A DNA stretch of 64,000 bases from an uncultured Planctomycetota bacterium (GTDB lineage Bacteria; Planctomycetota; Planctomycetia; Isosphaerales; Isosphaeraceae), in assembly GCA_963845755.1 (NCBI GenBank), contig CAWJTV010000005.1, positions 160,001-224,000 of the forward strand, in the 5' to 3' direction. Made by a program: the position numbers and the translations under genes. The first letter of the stretch is position 1; each line of letters opens with the position of its first letter. The notes under the pieces were generated by a model. It was not told the origin of the DNA. It ran no database searches and saw nothing but the letters and a program-made list of their open reading frames with translations. This document shows, in pieces, positions 45,380-57,447 of the stretch.

Positions 45380-45604
45380 GGGACGCCCCGTGTCGCGACT
45401 CGTCGGGCCACCGGATGAGGATTCCGGGTCGGGAAGGCGAGTCGCGATGCCGAGGGCGGCTCGCCACCTGACGCGTCGTCAGCGAGGTGTGTAACGACCG
45501 CCGTCACGCCCGCTTGCAAGCGGCTGTCTCGGGAGGGACAATATGCCACGACTCTCTGGGACTCATGCGGGATACCAGTCGGACGATGGAGTAAGGCCCG
45601 GATC

Positions 45605-47737
45605 GTGGCTCGCGATCAGCACAACGTGAAACTGATCTTCGACGAGGCCGCCGAGATCGCCTCGCCCGAGGGCCGCGCCGCCTACCTCGAGGGTGCCTGC
45701 GGCGGCGACGCCGACCTCCGCAAGAAGGTCGAGGCCCTGCTCCTGGCCCTCGATGAAGCCGGCAGTTTCCTGGAGGCATTCCCGGACCTCGACACGACGG
45801 GGGCGGCGGATACCCCCACTCCTCGCGCGGGGCCTGGAGCCTCTCCAGAGCCGATTTCCACGGGCTCGGGATCGGCGGTCGCCGATTCGTCCGGGGCGAC
45901 CGTATCTCTGACCTTGCCGCCGCTGTCCGAGGGTCCGGGGACGACGATCGGTCCGTACAAGCTTGTCCAATTGATCGGCGAGGGCGGCATGGGCGCCGTC
46001 TTCATGGCCGAGCAGGAGAAGCCGGTCCGGCGCCAGGTGGCGCTGAAGGTCATCAAGCCCGGCATGGACACGCGTCAGGTCGTCGCCCGGTTCAAGGCCA
46101 AGCGCCAGGCCCTGGCCATGATGGACCACCCCAACATCGCCCGCGTCCTCGACGGGGGGACGACGAAGTCGGGGCGTCTCTTCTTCGTCATGGAGCTGGT
46201 CAAGGGGACCCCAATCACCACTTTCTGCGACGAGCGCCGGCTCAGCCTGCGTCAACGATTGGAGCTGTTCGTCCCCGTCTGCCAGGCGATCCAGCACGCG
46301 CACCAGAAGGGGATCATCCACTGCGACATCAAGCCGTCGAACGTCCTGATCGCCCTCTACGACGATCGCGCCGTGCCCAAGGTCATCGACTTCGGCATCG
46401 CCAAGGCCACCGGGTCACAGCTCACCGAGCAGACGCTGATGACCGGCCTCGGCGCCGTGGTCGGGACGCCCGAATACATGAGCCCCGAGCAGGCGAGCCT
46501 CAACAACCTGGACATCGACACGCGAAGCGACATCTATGCGCTGGGCGTGCTCCTCTACGAGCTGCTGACCGGCACCACGCCGGTGGACCAAGCCGATCCC
46601 TTGAACTTGACGTCCATGAGCACGAGCCACTACGACCTGCTGACCGGCACCACGCTCGCGGATAGCCGGAGCCTGGACCGCGCCGCGGTGCTGGAGGTCC
46701 TGCGGATCGTCCGTGAGGTCGAGCCGCCGCGCCCGAGCACGCGGCTGAGCTCGCTCGAGACGCTGCCGAGCATCGCCGCCCACCGCGGCACGGAGCCGGC
46801 GCGACTGGCCGGCCTGCTACGGGGCGAGCTGGACTGGATCGTCATGAAGGCCCTGGAGAAGGACCGGTCGCAGCGATACGAGACGGCCAACGCGCTGGTG
46901 CGCGACGTCCAGCGCTACCTGGCCGACGAGGTGGTCGAAGCGCGGCCGCCGTCGGCCGGCTACCGGCTGCGGAAGTTCGTGCGGCGGCACAAGGGCCGGG
47001 TGGTTGCGTCGGCCCTGGTGCTGCTGGCCCTGGTGGCGGGAATCATCGGCACGAGCTGGGGCCTCGTCCGGGCGAAGGCGGCCAACGCGCGAGCGCAACG
47101 GCGGCTGGAGCAGATCGGGAAGGGCAACGAGATCCTCGCGGGCATCTTCGCCGACCTGGATATGGACGAGGTGAAGCAGGGAGACAAGCCGTTGGAGGCG
47201 ATCCTCGCCGATCGGCTGGTGAAGGCCGCTGGCCAGTTGGAGGGAGGATCGGTGGGCGACCCGCTGGCCGTGGCGGCCCTTCAGGGCCGGCTAGGGGCAT
47301 CGCTGCGGAGCCTGGGCTTCGCGGCCGAGGCGATCCCGCCGCTGGAGAAGGCCCGGACCACCCGGCAGGCGGAGTTGGGCCCCGACCATCCCGATACCCT
47401 CGACACCCTGCTCCATCTGGCGGGGGCCTACTTCTACGCCGGCCGGCTGAACGACGCCCTGCCCCTGGCTGAGGAACACCTTCGGCTGGCGAGGGCCAGG
47501 CTCGGGCCCGAAAGCATAGAAACGATCGATAGCATGAATCATCTCGGATTCTATTACCGGTCCGTCGGGAATCTGGACCGGGCCATCTCGCTACTCGAGG
47601 AGGCGGTGAGGCTGGCGAGGTCCGCGCTCGGGCCGACCCATCGCCTGACGATCGCCGCAGTGAACAACCTGGCGCTGTGCTACAAGACCGCCGGCCGGAG
47701 GGACGACGCTCTGCCCCTGATCGAAGAGGCCCATTGA
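45605..47737 (+). CDS. Ser/Thr protein kinase with TM and TPR repeats (atypical catalytic motifs)
   Basis: IGEGGMGAV, VALKVIK, HCDIKPSN, DFG, GTPEYMSPEQ; TM; LGPDHPDTL-type TPRs. Confidence 0.92.
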   Translation: MARDQHNVKLIFDEAAEIASPEGRAAYLEGACGGDADLRKKVEALLLALDEAGSFLEAFPDLDTTGAADTPTPRAGPGASPEPISTGSGSAVADSSGATVSLTLPPLSEGPGTTIGPYKLVQLIGEGGMGAVFMAEQEKPVRRQVALKVIKPGMDTRQVVARFKAKRQALAMMDHPNIARVLDGGTTKSGRLFFVMELVKGTPITTFCDERRLSLRQRLELFVPVCQAIQHAHQKGIIHCDIKPSNVLIALYDDRAVPKVIDFGIAKATGSQLTEQTLMTGLGAVVGTPEYMSPEQASLNNLDIDTRSDIYALGVLLYELLTGTTPVDQADPLNLTSMSTSHYDLLTGTTLADSRSLDRAAVLEVLRIVREVEPPRPSTRLSSLETLPSIAAHRGTEPARLAGLLRGELDWIVMKALEKDRSQRYETANALVRDVQRYLADEVVEARPPSAGYRLRKFVRRHKGRVVASALVLLALVAGIIGTSWGLVRAKAANARAQRRLEQIGKGNEILAGIFADLDMDEVKQGDKPLEAILADRLVKAAGQLEGGSVGDPLAVAALQGRLGASLRSLGFAAEAIPPLEKARTTRQAELGPDHPDTLDTLLHLAGAYFYAGRLNDALPLAEEHLRLARARLGPESIETIDSMNHLGFYYRSVGNLDRAISLLEEAVRLARSALGPTHRLTIAAVNNLALCYKTAGRRDDALPLIEEAH

Positions 47738-47811
47738 CTCGCGGTCGCACAACCGGTCCCTGCTAGGCGGGGCGCCGCTGGGTCCCATACACGGGCACCC
47801 ATGATGGACCC

Positions 47812-49160
47812 TCATCGGTGCGGTTGCATCGCGACGCCCGGAGGATCGATTGATGTGACGATGGAGGACCTATGTCTGCTACCTCCATCGGCAACGAGAT
47901 CAGCTAGGGTCCGGCGTCGCTCCGCGACCCTTGCTGGAACCGGGTTCAGTCGTGCGAGTTCGCGCTTCAGAGTCGTCGCGCTCGGGGGCTTCCGAGACGG
48001 CGAGTGTAAGGAAGACCCGGGCCTCGAAAATGCGGCCGAGTTGCTCGGCCAGGTGGGCCATTTCCACCGCGTCGCGGATGGGCTGTTTGCGATCGTGCCG
48101 TTTCTCGTAACGCGCTCGAAGCCGATCGATCTCGACCTTTTTGTGGCCGATCTCGGCGGCTTGGGCTTCCTGGCCGGCCTGCTCCGCCAACTGGGCGAGC
48201 CGGTCCAGCGCCGAGCGATCGCTCGGATCGACCGCCAGCAGGCGTTCCAATGCCTGGCGTTCGGCGGCGACATGCACCCCGACTGGCCGCAAGCCAAGCT
48301 TCGAGCCGATGAACCTGGGCCGGGGTCGATTCCGCGTCCGGTAGGTGGGTCAGGGCCTGTCGCACGATGTCGTCGCGGTTGGTCGCGATGCCCCACTTCA
48401 GCCGGGTGTGCCAGATCGGAAGATCATCCGGCCGACGACGCTCGCAGGCATCGAGCCAACGCCCGGCCTCGTCGTAGTCGCCGGTCCGGATCGCCAGGTT
48501 CGCTCGACCCAGCCAGACCCGGTCGTCCTCGGGTGCCGATCGAGCCGCCTGGTCCAGGAAGGCGCGGAGGGTGTCCGTCGGGGTTGGCTTCAGGGTCAGC
48601 TCGATGTGCAGCCGTAGAAGCTTGATCGCGTCCTCGAGTGCCCCTTCTCCCGATGCGTTCAAGTGTTCCCAGCGGGCCTCGATGAGCCGCTCGGCTTCAT
48701 CGATGCGGCCAACCTCCGTGAACAACGGCACGAGCAACACGAGCAGGGCCGTCCGATCGTTGCGGCGATCTTCCGCGGCGTCGAGGATGAGCCGCTCCGC
48801 CTCGGCGAGTCGCCCGGATTGATGGAGGAGACGCATGCGCCCCCGGATCGCTCTCTCCGAGAACGCCGAACCGGGCACGACCCGCTCCCATGCTTCGCTG
48901 GCCGCCGGGACTCGCCCCCGGGCCAGCTCGCAGGATCCCAGGAGGTAAATGATCCCCCCGGTCGAATCCGTCTTCCAGGACAAGAGCTGTTGCAGATTTC
49001 GGCAGGCGATGGCGTATCGGCCGGCCATGATCTCCGATTCGATCTCCGCCATCGCGCTCTGATAAGCGCGATCTCTCCACCAGGCCCGGCCACTCAAAAC
49101 AAGTCCCACGACGCCGAGCAAGGCGATCAGCAGTCTCCGTCTTCGCCGTCGCTCGGCCAT
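47812..49160 (-). CDS. membrane-anchored TPR protein, frameshifts near 48275 and 47965
   Basis: N-terminal TM; YLLGSCELARG, DDRVWLGRANLA, ERQALERLL helical repeats. Confidence 0.75.
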
Positions 49161-49368
49161 GAGTTCGTCCCCTCCCACGTTGCCGACGGTCGTCTCCTGC
49201 CCAGGACTACCGCTCGGGTCCCATTCCCCTCAACCCTCCGTACGGGCAGGTGCGGGCGATGATGCGGATCGCGTAGTACTGCCGGACGTGAAGGCCCAGT
49301 ATACTGCACATGGCGACTCATGGGAGAGGTCGGTCAAGATCGAGATTCACCTACACCCCTGGAAGCTG

Positions 49369-51356
49369 ATGATCGTTTCTACCGCTGACTTCAAAGAATC
49401 CGGAACGGTCGGCTCGTCGTTGCCGGGGCCCGCGACGAAACCGCTGGGGTTCGTCGGCGCTCCTTTTCCTGTCGGCCTGGTGCGGGCTGGTGGCGGGCTT
49501 GCTGGAAGTGGGCACGATCGTGCTCCGCAAGCAGGCGTTCGACCCGGATCAACTTTACAAGATGAGCCGACACTTTGTCTGGCTGATCCCGCTTTCGAAC
49601 CTCGGAGTTTTCCTGGCTCTGGGGGTGATAGGGTGTGGCGTCATCCGGTTCTGGCCACGTCGCGGCGGCTGGCTCTTCACGCGCGTGCCTGTGTGCGATT
49701 GGGCTCTTACCCGCCCCCCTGGTCGCCTTTCCACGGATCTACACGATGGCCTGGTTGGTCGTGGCGCTGGGCGTGGCCGCGCACCTCGTGCCGCGCTTGG
49801 AGCGAGATCGGGCGATTTTCCGACGATTGGTCCGGGGCAGTTTTCCGGCCTGCATCGCGATCGTGGTGATCCTCGCGGCATGGCTCTGGGTCGGCGATCG
49901 GATCGATCGACTGCGCGAGCGTGCCCGGCCGTTGCCGCAGCCGGGGTCGCCGAACGTCCTCCTGATCGTGATGGACACCGTCGCGGCGGGCCACCTGAAT
50001 CTGCATGGCTACGACCGTGCCACCAGTACGACTCTCGTCGAGCTCGCCGAGCGCGGGATCCAATTCGATTCCGCTCGCGCAGCCTCGTCATGGACCCTGC
50101 CGTCTCATGCGACCATGTTTACAGGACGATGGTTACATGAGCTATCGGTCGGCTGGCTCACCCCGCTGAACCGGGCCCGTCCCACGTTGGCGGAGTTCCT
50201 CCGGGACCGCGGTTACGCGACGGCGGGCTTCGTCGGCAATACGTTTTATTGTGCGACCGATTCGGGACTGGCCCGCGGCTTCACTCATTACCAGGATTTC
50301 ATCTTTCCCGAGCTCACCGCACTCAAGACGAGCGTCCTGGTCGGTCGAGCCCTGGACGGGTTCCAGATGATCGTCTATTTCACGGAGGATTGGCTGGAGT
50401 CCGCCGGGCTGCTGCCCATCGTTCAGCGCCTCTGGAGGTCGCTGGACACCGATCGCAAGGGGGCGGCGGTGGTCAATCGCGAGCTCCTCGACTGGCTCTC
50501 GCGACGCACGCAGTCGGAGCGGCCGTTCTTCGCATTTCTGAACTACTTCGATGCCCATTATCCCTATCAATTGCCGCCGGGGAGGCTCCATCGTTTCGGG
50601 GTCGAACCGAGCAACAATTATCAGCGCACCCTGATCCAACGTTGGTGGGAACTCGACAAGAGGACCCTCTCACGCGAGGGTGTGGCGTTTGCCGCCGACG
50701 CCTATGATGATTGCGTCGCGGATCTCGACGAACAGCTCGGGAAGCTGATCGATGAGCTGGACCGGCGCGGGGTGCTGGCCCAAACGTGGCTGATCATCAC
50801 CTCGGACCACGGCGAAAGTTTCGGTGAGCACGACGGCATTTTCTGCCACGGGAAGAGTCTGTACGAGACCGAAGTGCATGTTCCGCTCCTCGTCATTCCA
50901 CCAGGGGGTCGCGCGACAAAGCAGACTGTACAGGAGCCGGTCAGTCTGCGGGACCTGGCAGCGACGATCGTCGACCTGACCGGTCTGGAGGCCGAGGCGC
51001 CGTTTCCCGGGACATCTCTGGCGCGGTTCTGGGAGCATCCCGCGAAGGTGGCAGCGCTCCAGCCGCGATCCGCTTCACCCGCACTCGCCGAGGTCGTTCC
51101 GAATAACCCGTTCAAGCGAGATGCCTGGGGCGTTCCCGAACAACTCCCTCCCCTGGGAGCCGTCAAGGCGCCAGACTGGTCGTACATACGCCGAGAGGGC
51201 GACGTTCGCGAGGAGTTGTTCGACTTGCGCGAAGATCCCAAGGAGCAGCGCAATCTGGCCGCCGATCCCACCGCCCAGACGACACTTCGACAGATGCGAG
51301 CTGCGCTGAACCGTCTCACGGGAGGGCCGCTCTTGCCCAACCGTTTCCCTTATTGA
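49369..51356 (+). CDS. membrane-anchored sulfatase/alkaline-phosphatase-fold protein, 5' frameshifts
   Basis: TM region, then PNVLLIVMDT, SSWTLPSH, FLNYFDAH, TSDHGE, HG.SLY...VHVPL, ELFDLREDP. Confidence 0.85.
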
Positions 51357-51420
51357 TGACGAGGTCCGTCGCGTTGGCTCGTCGCTGAGGCAGCATGCCT
51401 CTCGACGGAGAGACGCGGGG

Positions 51421-53383
51421 TTATCGCGCCTTGAGCATGGCGGACAGGCTGGTTCGGAATCGCTGGAGGGACGCCGAGGCGAATGAATAATCGGCCAGGT
51501 TCGACCGTTCGGCCGGGTCGGATTTCAGGTCGTACAGCTCTTCTCGCCCATCGGCCGTGCGAATGTAGTGCATCCCTTCGGCAATCAGCGATTTCATGGG
51601 CCCTCTCGCGACCGGCTCGCGTCCCTGATTCGTGAGCCCAAGCGGTTTACTCGTCTCCATGAGTAAAGGTTCGCCCGAGGTGCCGACCACGGACTCGTTC
51701 CTCCCCCAGAACCGAGCAAGCGACCGCCCCGGGAACGGGGCGGTGGCGCGAACCCAAGGTGGTCTACCACGGTTGCGGGAATGTCGCGAAGCTCACCGGC
51801 TCGACCACGACTCGTCGCGCGGGCACCCGCTTCGGATCGACGATCACCAGTGGTACACCGACCAGTTGCCGGTACAGACTGCACCCGTGCGAAAACAGGA
51901 GGTGATCGCCGAGATGCTCGCCGTGATCCGAGGCGACAATGATCAGTGTGTCGTCGAGCACTCCGCCGCGCCTCCAGTTTATCGAGGAGCTCGCCCAACT
52001 GGCGATCGAGATAGGAAATGCAATCGTCATAGACATCGTTTGCCATCTGGACGTGACCTATCGAAATGCGTGACTTATCGAGGGTGTCCCAGCTCCTCAG
52101 GGTCAGTCGGTCCACGTAGGAGGTAGGCCGCAGGCCAAAGGCCGGTAACGACCGATCGGGGACGTCGTAGGGTGAGTGGGCGTCATTGTAGTTCAAGAAC
52201 GCGAAGAACGGCCGGTCGCGCGTCCGCTGCCAGGAGAGCCAGGCGAAAAACGACCGGTTGACCGACGCGGCATCCTTGGCGTGCTCCTTCGAGCGCGGGA
52301 TCACGTCATACCTATCGCCAAAATAGGTCTTCAGCAGCCGGTTAATGACGGAGGCGGGTGTGAGTAAGTCGAGCCGGCTACCAAGGGCGGTGGATCGGGT
52401 CAAGACATCGAAGAGTCCGATCGGGTAATCCTCGTAATGCGCGAATCCCCGACTCAGTCCGGTTTCCCGGCTGCAGTAGTCCAGGTTGGCGACGAATCCG
52501 GCCGTATCATAGCCATGCGCGCCGAGAAACCCGGCGAGTGTGGGGTAGGTTGCATCGAGCGGCACCGACCAGTCGGCGGTCAGCTCATGGGGCCACCGCC
52601 CAGTCAAGAGGCTGCTATGCGAAGGGAGAGTCCATGGTGCGGTCGCGAAAGCCTGGTCGAACCGCACTCCCCGGCCGGCCAATCGCTCGAGGTTGGGCGA
52701 AGTCCGGCGGCCGTAGCCGTGAAGACTCAGGTTCCCGGCCCGCACGGTGTCCCAGACGATCAGGAGCACGTTCCGGCCATTGGCAGGACGGGGCGGCAAG
52801 CTGGCCACGGCCCGGTACTCCGACCAGGCCGATCCGCCGAACGTCAGCAGCATGATGACCAGCAACAATCCGATGAGCATCGGAAATGTGCGGCAGACGA
52901 GTCGGAGGAACGGCCCGCTGCGCGGGCCGACCAGCCAGGCGGATTGAACGCCAAGCCCCCCCGACAGCAGCAGCGACGCCCACGAGTTCCAGGGGTAGCC
53001 TGCGCGCACAGGTCGAGGAATCCCACGAATGAGAGCAGTCCCACGACCGAGCCCATGCGGACCCTCCCGCGCCGCACCCAGGCCATCAGGGCGAGTGCCA
53101 TCCCCGGCAGCAGTTCGAGGACAACGACTCCAACCGGGATGAGCCAGAGATAATGGTGGCCAAGGCGAATAAACGCGTCGCCGGTCAAGTGCTTCTTGAG
53201 GATCATGAGGCCGAGGTCGAGAAAGCCCGCGGTCAAGCCAATCCAGCTCGCGACCAGAAGAATCGTCGCCGGAGCCGTACGTACGGTCTGCGTCACCCGG
53301 CCGGCTGAACAGGCGACCGGCCAGGGCGCAGCCACCCTCTCGATGTTTGGTGGAGGACCCCTGAAAAAAATCGGAATCCGCAT
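51421..53383 (-). CDS. convergent paralogous membrane sulfatase-fold protein, several frameshifts
   Basis: NVLLIVWDTVRA, APWTLPSH, FLNYNDAH, ASDHGE, ELYDLKSDP. Confidence 0.85.
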
Positions 53384-53515
53384 ACCTTTCACTTCCCTTC
53401 GCGCGTCCGTTTGGGTAATGTTAGCGGAAGTCTCATTATCACGCAAAGGAGTCGTTCGACTCGAATCCGCATAGTGCGTTCTGTTTCGCTCTACCTCGTT
53501 CTCAGAGACGTCGCC

Positions 53516-53731
53516 ATGAGAAGAGCGTGTTTTCGGTCCGCTCGCATCGTTCTGCTCATTCTATTCATTGGCTCACATCTCTCCTTGGTCGGTTGCAATG
53601 ACGAGTCAAGGACATCGGGTACGATGGTTCAGGTCAGCGAAGAAGCTACAGCCCACAGGAAGTCCAAGATCGAGTCGTACAAGGGGGGACGTCCCAAGAG
53701 CAAGACCAAGGCCGCTACTGAGAAGAACTAG
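53516..53731 (+). CDS. small lipoprotein associated with the DUF1559 gene
   Basis: Signal peptide with lipobox LVGC; basic tail. Confidence 0.65.
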   Translation: MRRACFRSARIVLLILFIGSHLSLVGCNDESRTSGTMVQVSEEATAHRKSKIESYKGGRPKSKTKAATEKN

Positions 53732-53887
53732 CTGGTCGCGGACACGTCCTCGGGAAAAGTCGCGGGAAATCGGCCGTGAGCGATCTTTTCGACGGCCACA
53801 TTCATTCGTCCGACACCGGTCCCGGATGTCGGGCGGAGATCATTTCATGATCGCGTTGCCTTCGTCCCTCCGATGGAGATCCGTCCC

Positions 53888-55012
53888 ATGAGAGTACGTC
53901 GAGGCTTCACCCTCATTGAGCTTCTCGTCGTCATCGCCATCATCGCCGTCCTGATCGCGCTCTTGCTGCCGGCAGTCCAGGCAGCACGAGAAGCGGCGCG
54001 GCGCATCCAATGCACCAATAATATGAAGCAACTTGCCCTGGCGTTGCACAACTACATTTCGGCGACTGGGGCCGTGCCGCCGGGGATCGACAACACGGTG
54101 ACCTACATCGGGAACACGCCGCCGAGCCAGCTCGCGACCTGGACGGCCTGGAGCGCTCAGTCCTTGCTCCTGCCCTATGTCGAGCAGGGGCCGCTTTACA
54201 ACGCGGCGAACTTCAACTGGAACTGTTGCTATGTCAGCTCCCAGGGCAACGCGACCAACTTCACGATCTACAACACGAGGATCGCGAGCTTCCTCTGCCC
54301 TTCCGATGCGCTCGCGGGTCAACAGAACATCAACAGCTATCACGGAAGTATCGGGACGTCCACCATCCAATACCCGGCGGACGGTAACACGACCGGGGTC
54401 TTCCGCGTGTATAACAATGTAAACTCATGTGCATCAGTCACTCTGGCCGCCATCACCGACGGAACTTCGAACACGATCGCCTTCGGCGAGGGTCTCGTGG
54501 GGGATTTCGGCAAGAATGATAGCTACCGGGGAAACGGCATGTCGGGGGCGTCCGATCCGACGGGGGGGATTGTCCCCGGGACGATCCCCGGGAATAACGC
54601 GGAGGCCAATCCGGCCGCCGTCCTCCAGGCTCTCAATGCTTGCAACGCCTTCTGGAAGAGCAGCGCACTCGCCACGTGCTCGGGGTATTCGGCTTGTGAC
54701 GGCGTCGGCCTGAAGCAGTACAACGGTCAGCTCTGGGCACTGGGTGAACGCGGTTATACGTTGTTCAACACGGTCGTCCCTCCGAACTCGAAGCAATACC
54801 CCTGGCGCAGTTGCCGCCTCGGAGCGTCCTGTCCGAGCTGTGCGCCGGAGGGGTCGAGTTTCATCAATTCCAGCAGCTTTCATCCTGGAGGATGTAATTT
54901 CGCGTTCGCCGACGGGAGCGTCAGGTTCATCAAGGATTCGATCAATATGCTGACGTATCAGTCTCTGGGCACCCGCAACGGTGGCGAGGTGATCAGTTCC
55001 GACAGCTATTGA
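53888..55012 (+). CDS. DUF1559 prepilin-type N-terminal cleavage/methylation protein with H-X9-DG motif
   Basis: [58 protein letters not shown]. Confidence 0.97.
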   Translation: MRVRRGFTLIELLVVIAIIAVLIALLLPAVQAAREAARRIQCTNNMKQLALALHNYISATGAVPPGIDNTVTYIGNTPPSQLATWTAWSAQSLLLPYVEQGPLYNAANFNWNCCYVSSQGNATNFTIYNTRIASFLCPSDALAGQQNINSYHGSIGTSTIQYPADGNTTGVFRVYNNVNSCASVTLAAITDGTSNTIAFGEGLVGDFGKNDSYRGNGMSGASDPTGGIVPGTIPGNNAEANPAAVLQALNACNAFWKSSALATCSGYSACDGVGLKQYNGQLWALGERGYTLFNTVVPPNSKQYPWRSCRLGASCPSCAPEGSSFINSSSFHPGGCNFAFADGSVRFIKDSINMLTYQSLGTRNGGEVISSDSY

Positions 55013-55103
55013 GTGCGGGTTTGCGGCCTCCTCGATGAGGCACTCAGCCGCGTCGGAGATCTCCCCGGCGCGGCCTGTCTTGGCTCGGTAGCCCGCGTGG
55101 ACC

Positions 55104-55908
55104 TCAAGAGGGCAAGGGCGAGGCGGGCTCGCGCTTCGGGGATTGGCGCAAGGCCAGGACCACACCGACCGCTGCCAGGATGGCGACCAGCAATTGGGCC
55201 ATCGCTCGTGTCGTGATCGAGGATGACACGGGTAGGTCTGTCTTGCTGGTCGCGAAGGCGAGGGCACCGACAAGTTCGTAGATAATCGTCGCCGCGCCCC
55301 CCCCGACGAGCCCCCCCGCAACCGTGTAGGATCCAGCGGTGCTTGCCCCCGAGCCCCAGCCCGAAGGCGAGGCCGCCGATCGCACCCAACGTCGACCAGA
55401 TCGCACCATGAGTGAGCAAGGGGAGCACCAGATCGTTCGATTGAGGGTCGTGTATCTTGTAGAAATTCGACACGAGGACCAGCGCCAGGGAAGCCCCGGT
55501 AGCCGTGCCGAGTACGAGTCCCGCCATGGCGGCCGAGGCACTCGCGAGGACCGAACGCCGAGCCAATCCGCCCGCCAGGCCCATCGTCAGTCCCAAGAAG
55601 CTCCCCATCGTCATGAAGGTCAGCGTGGCGCTGTAAAGTCGGGCATCCCTCCAGTGTTGTAGGTCTTCGGCGGTCGGATGGGCTTTGACCGTGGGAACCA
55701 GGTCGCTCTGGTAGCGACCCAGGATCACCTCCCCGACGAGCGAGGAGGCCACGCCGGCCATGAGTCCCGCGGCAATTCCGAGGATCAGGATCCGACCCTG
55801 TTGGTCTGGAGATCGCTTCGGAACAATCGGGACGGGGTGCGGCGCGATTCCCGTGGACGTGGGGTCGGGTCGGTCGGGATGGGTCGGTTCGGGTTCGGAG
55901 GAATCCAT
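55104..55908 (-). CDS. Gly/Ala-rich multi-pass membrane protein, frameshift near 55335
   Basis: Hydrophobic helices in ORF 55006..56178 continue in the 3' part of ORF 55104..55541. Confidence 0.6.
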
Positions 55909-56180
55909 CGAGTCGGCTCCGGATCTGCCGTTGGAGTGAGCGACCTCGGGCTGTAGCGATCGCCCCGACGTCATGGACCACCACGACGGTCTGTCCCACT
56001 CGTTGCGAACCATGATGACAACCGATCCAACATCCGACAACTCGGCAATGGTTGAGGCGCCTCGGAGATTCCTGGGCCGCCGACGAGTTCTACGGACTCC
56101 CGGCGGATGGTCCGGCTCGATTGAGGAAGGTCTTGACCGGGTCCTCAGTATGGGACACGCTAAACAGGGGAGGTCCAAGC

Positions 56181-56618
56181 ATGACTCCGAGTGAACTGGA
56201 GAGGCTCTGGGAGGAGCATCTTGCCGGCGAGTTCTCCACCAAGGACGTTGAGGCCACTCTGGCGACGATGGTCGATGACGCCTCCGTCGACCACGTCCCG
56301 GTTCACAGCGGCGGACGGGGCAAGGAGGCGCTTCGTGCCTTCTACCGGGACGTCTTCATCCCCTCATGGCCCGACGACCTCGTGCAAACGCCTCTCAATC
56401 GCGTCGTCGGCGACGGCCAGCTCGTAGACGAGATCCGCACGAGGTTCACCCACGATCGGCCGATGGAGTGGTTCCTCCCCGGCGTGCCGCCGACGCATAA
56501 AACGGTCGACATCGACATCATCGTGGTCGTGCAATTCCGCGGCGACAAAATCGCCTGCGAACGGATCTACTGGGACCAGGCCACGGTGCTACGGCAAGTA
56601 GGGCTGTTGGCAGATTAA
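56181..56618 (+). CDS. SnoaL-like/ester cyclase (NTF2-fold) protein
   Basis: GGAGG SD; LWEEH...DVEATLATM, HVP, ERIYWDQATVLRQ. Confidence 0.88.
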   Translation: MTPSELERLWEEHLAGEFSTKDVEATLATMVDDASVDHVPVHSGGRGKEALRAFYRDVFIPSWPDDLVQTPLNRVVGDGQLVDEIRTRFTHDRPMEWFLPGVPPTHKTVDIDIIVVVQFRGDKIACERIYWDQATVLRQVGLLAD

Positions 56619-56796
56619 CCCACCGCATGTGAGCCCCTGCCGAACCACTTCAGACAACCTCAGCCATGCGTGATATCGCGAACGGTCGGCAGGACTTGCC
56701 GAGCCGCTCGTCGAGAATTCCGGGAATCCTGGATGAATCCAGCCCTCGAGCGGCTTTATTGGGTATAGACGGCATGCATCACCAGGGGGCTGTTCC

Positions 56797-57429
56797 ATGG
56801 CACGCCACGCGACCGGGGTTTCGCTGCTCCCTGTTCTCTCGCTTATCGATGTCGGAGGCGACTGTCGGCCTGACGGACGCGCAGTTGCTGGAGCGGGTTG
56901 CGACCCAACAGGGAGAGGACGCCGAGGTGGCGTTCGCGGCGCTGGTCGAGCGGCATGGCCTGTTGGTGTTCCGCGCCTGCCGGGGGATCCTCCGGCACGA
57001 TCACGACGCGATGGACGCGTTTCAGATGACTCTGGACCCGAGGAGTTCCTGATCTAACGGGTCAGCAGAGACGGCTCGGACCGGGTGCGTCTCGGGGACC
57101 CGAAGACCGCCAACGGTTCGAGTCGCTTCTCACCCGACGGGAAGAAGATCGTGTTCTGGACCGGAGCTCTCCGCCGAGGAGAAGGACCAGGGCCATGGGT
57201 CCGCGTCATGGATCGCGATGGCGGCCAGGTCCGGACCGTCCTGGAGGGAGAGGCGGGCGCGATGAATGGCTACGTCACGCCGTGCTGGTCGCCCGATGGC
57301 AAACGGATCGCGGTGGTCGCCCAGGAGATCATGGGTTGCGTGATCATCGTCGTCGATGCGGAAGGTAAGTCGCCGCCTCGACGGCTCCCCAACGCCCATC
57401 GGAACCTCTCGACGATCGATTGGCCGTGA
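56797..57429 (+). pseudogene. remnant of an ECF sigma factor-PD40/TolB-like gene (N- and C-terminal fragments only)
   Basis: GLTDAQLLER...AFAALVERHG...DAMDAFQ then stop at 57057; next fragment has FSPDGKKIVF, WSPDGKRIA and ends IDWP*. Confidence 0.65.
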
Positions 57430-57447
57430 CGTCTGTCTGGCCGGTCG

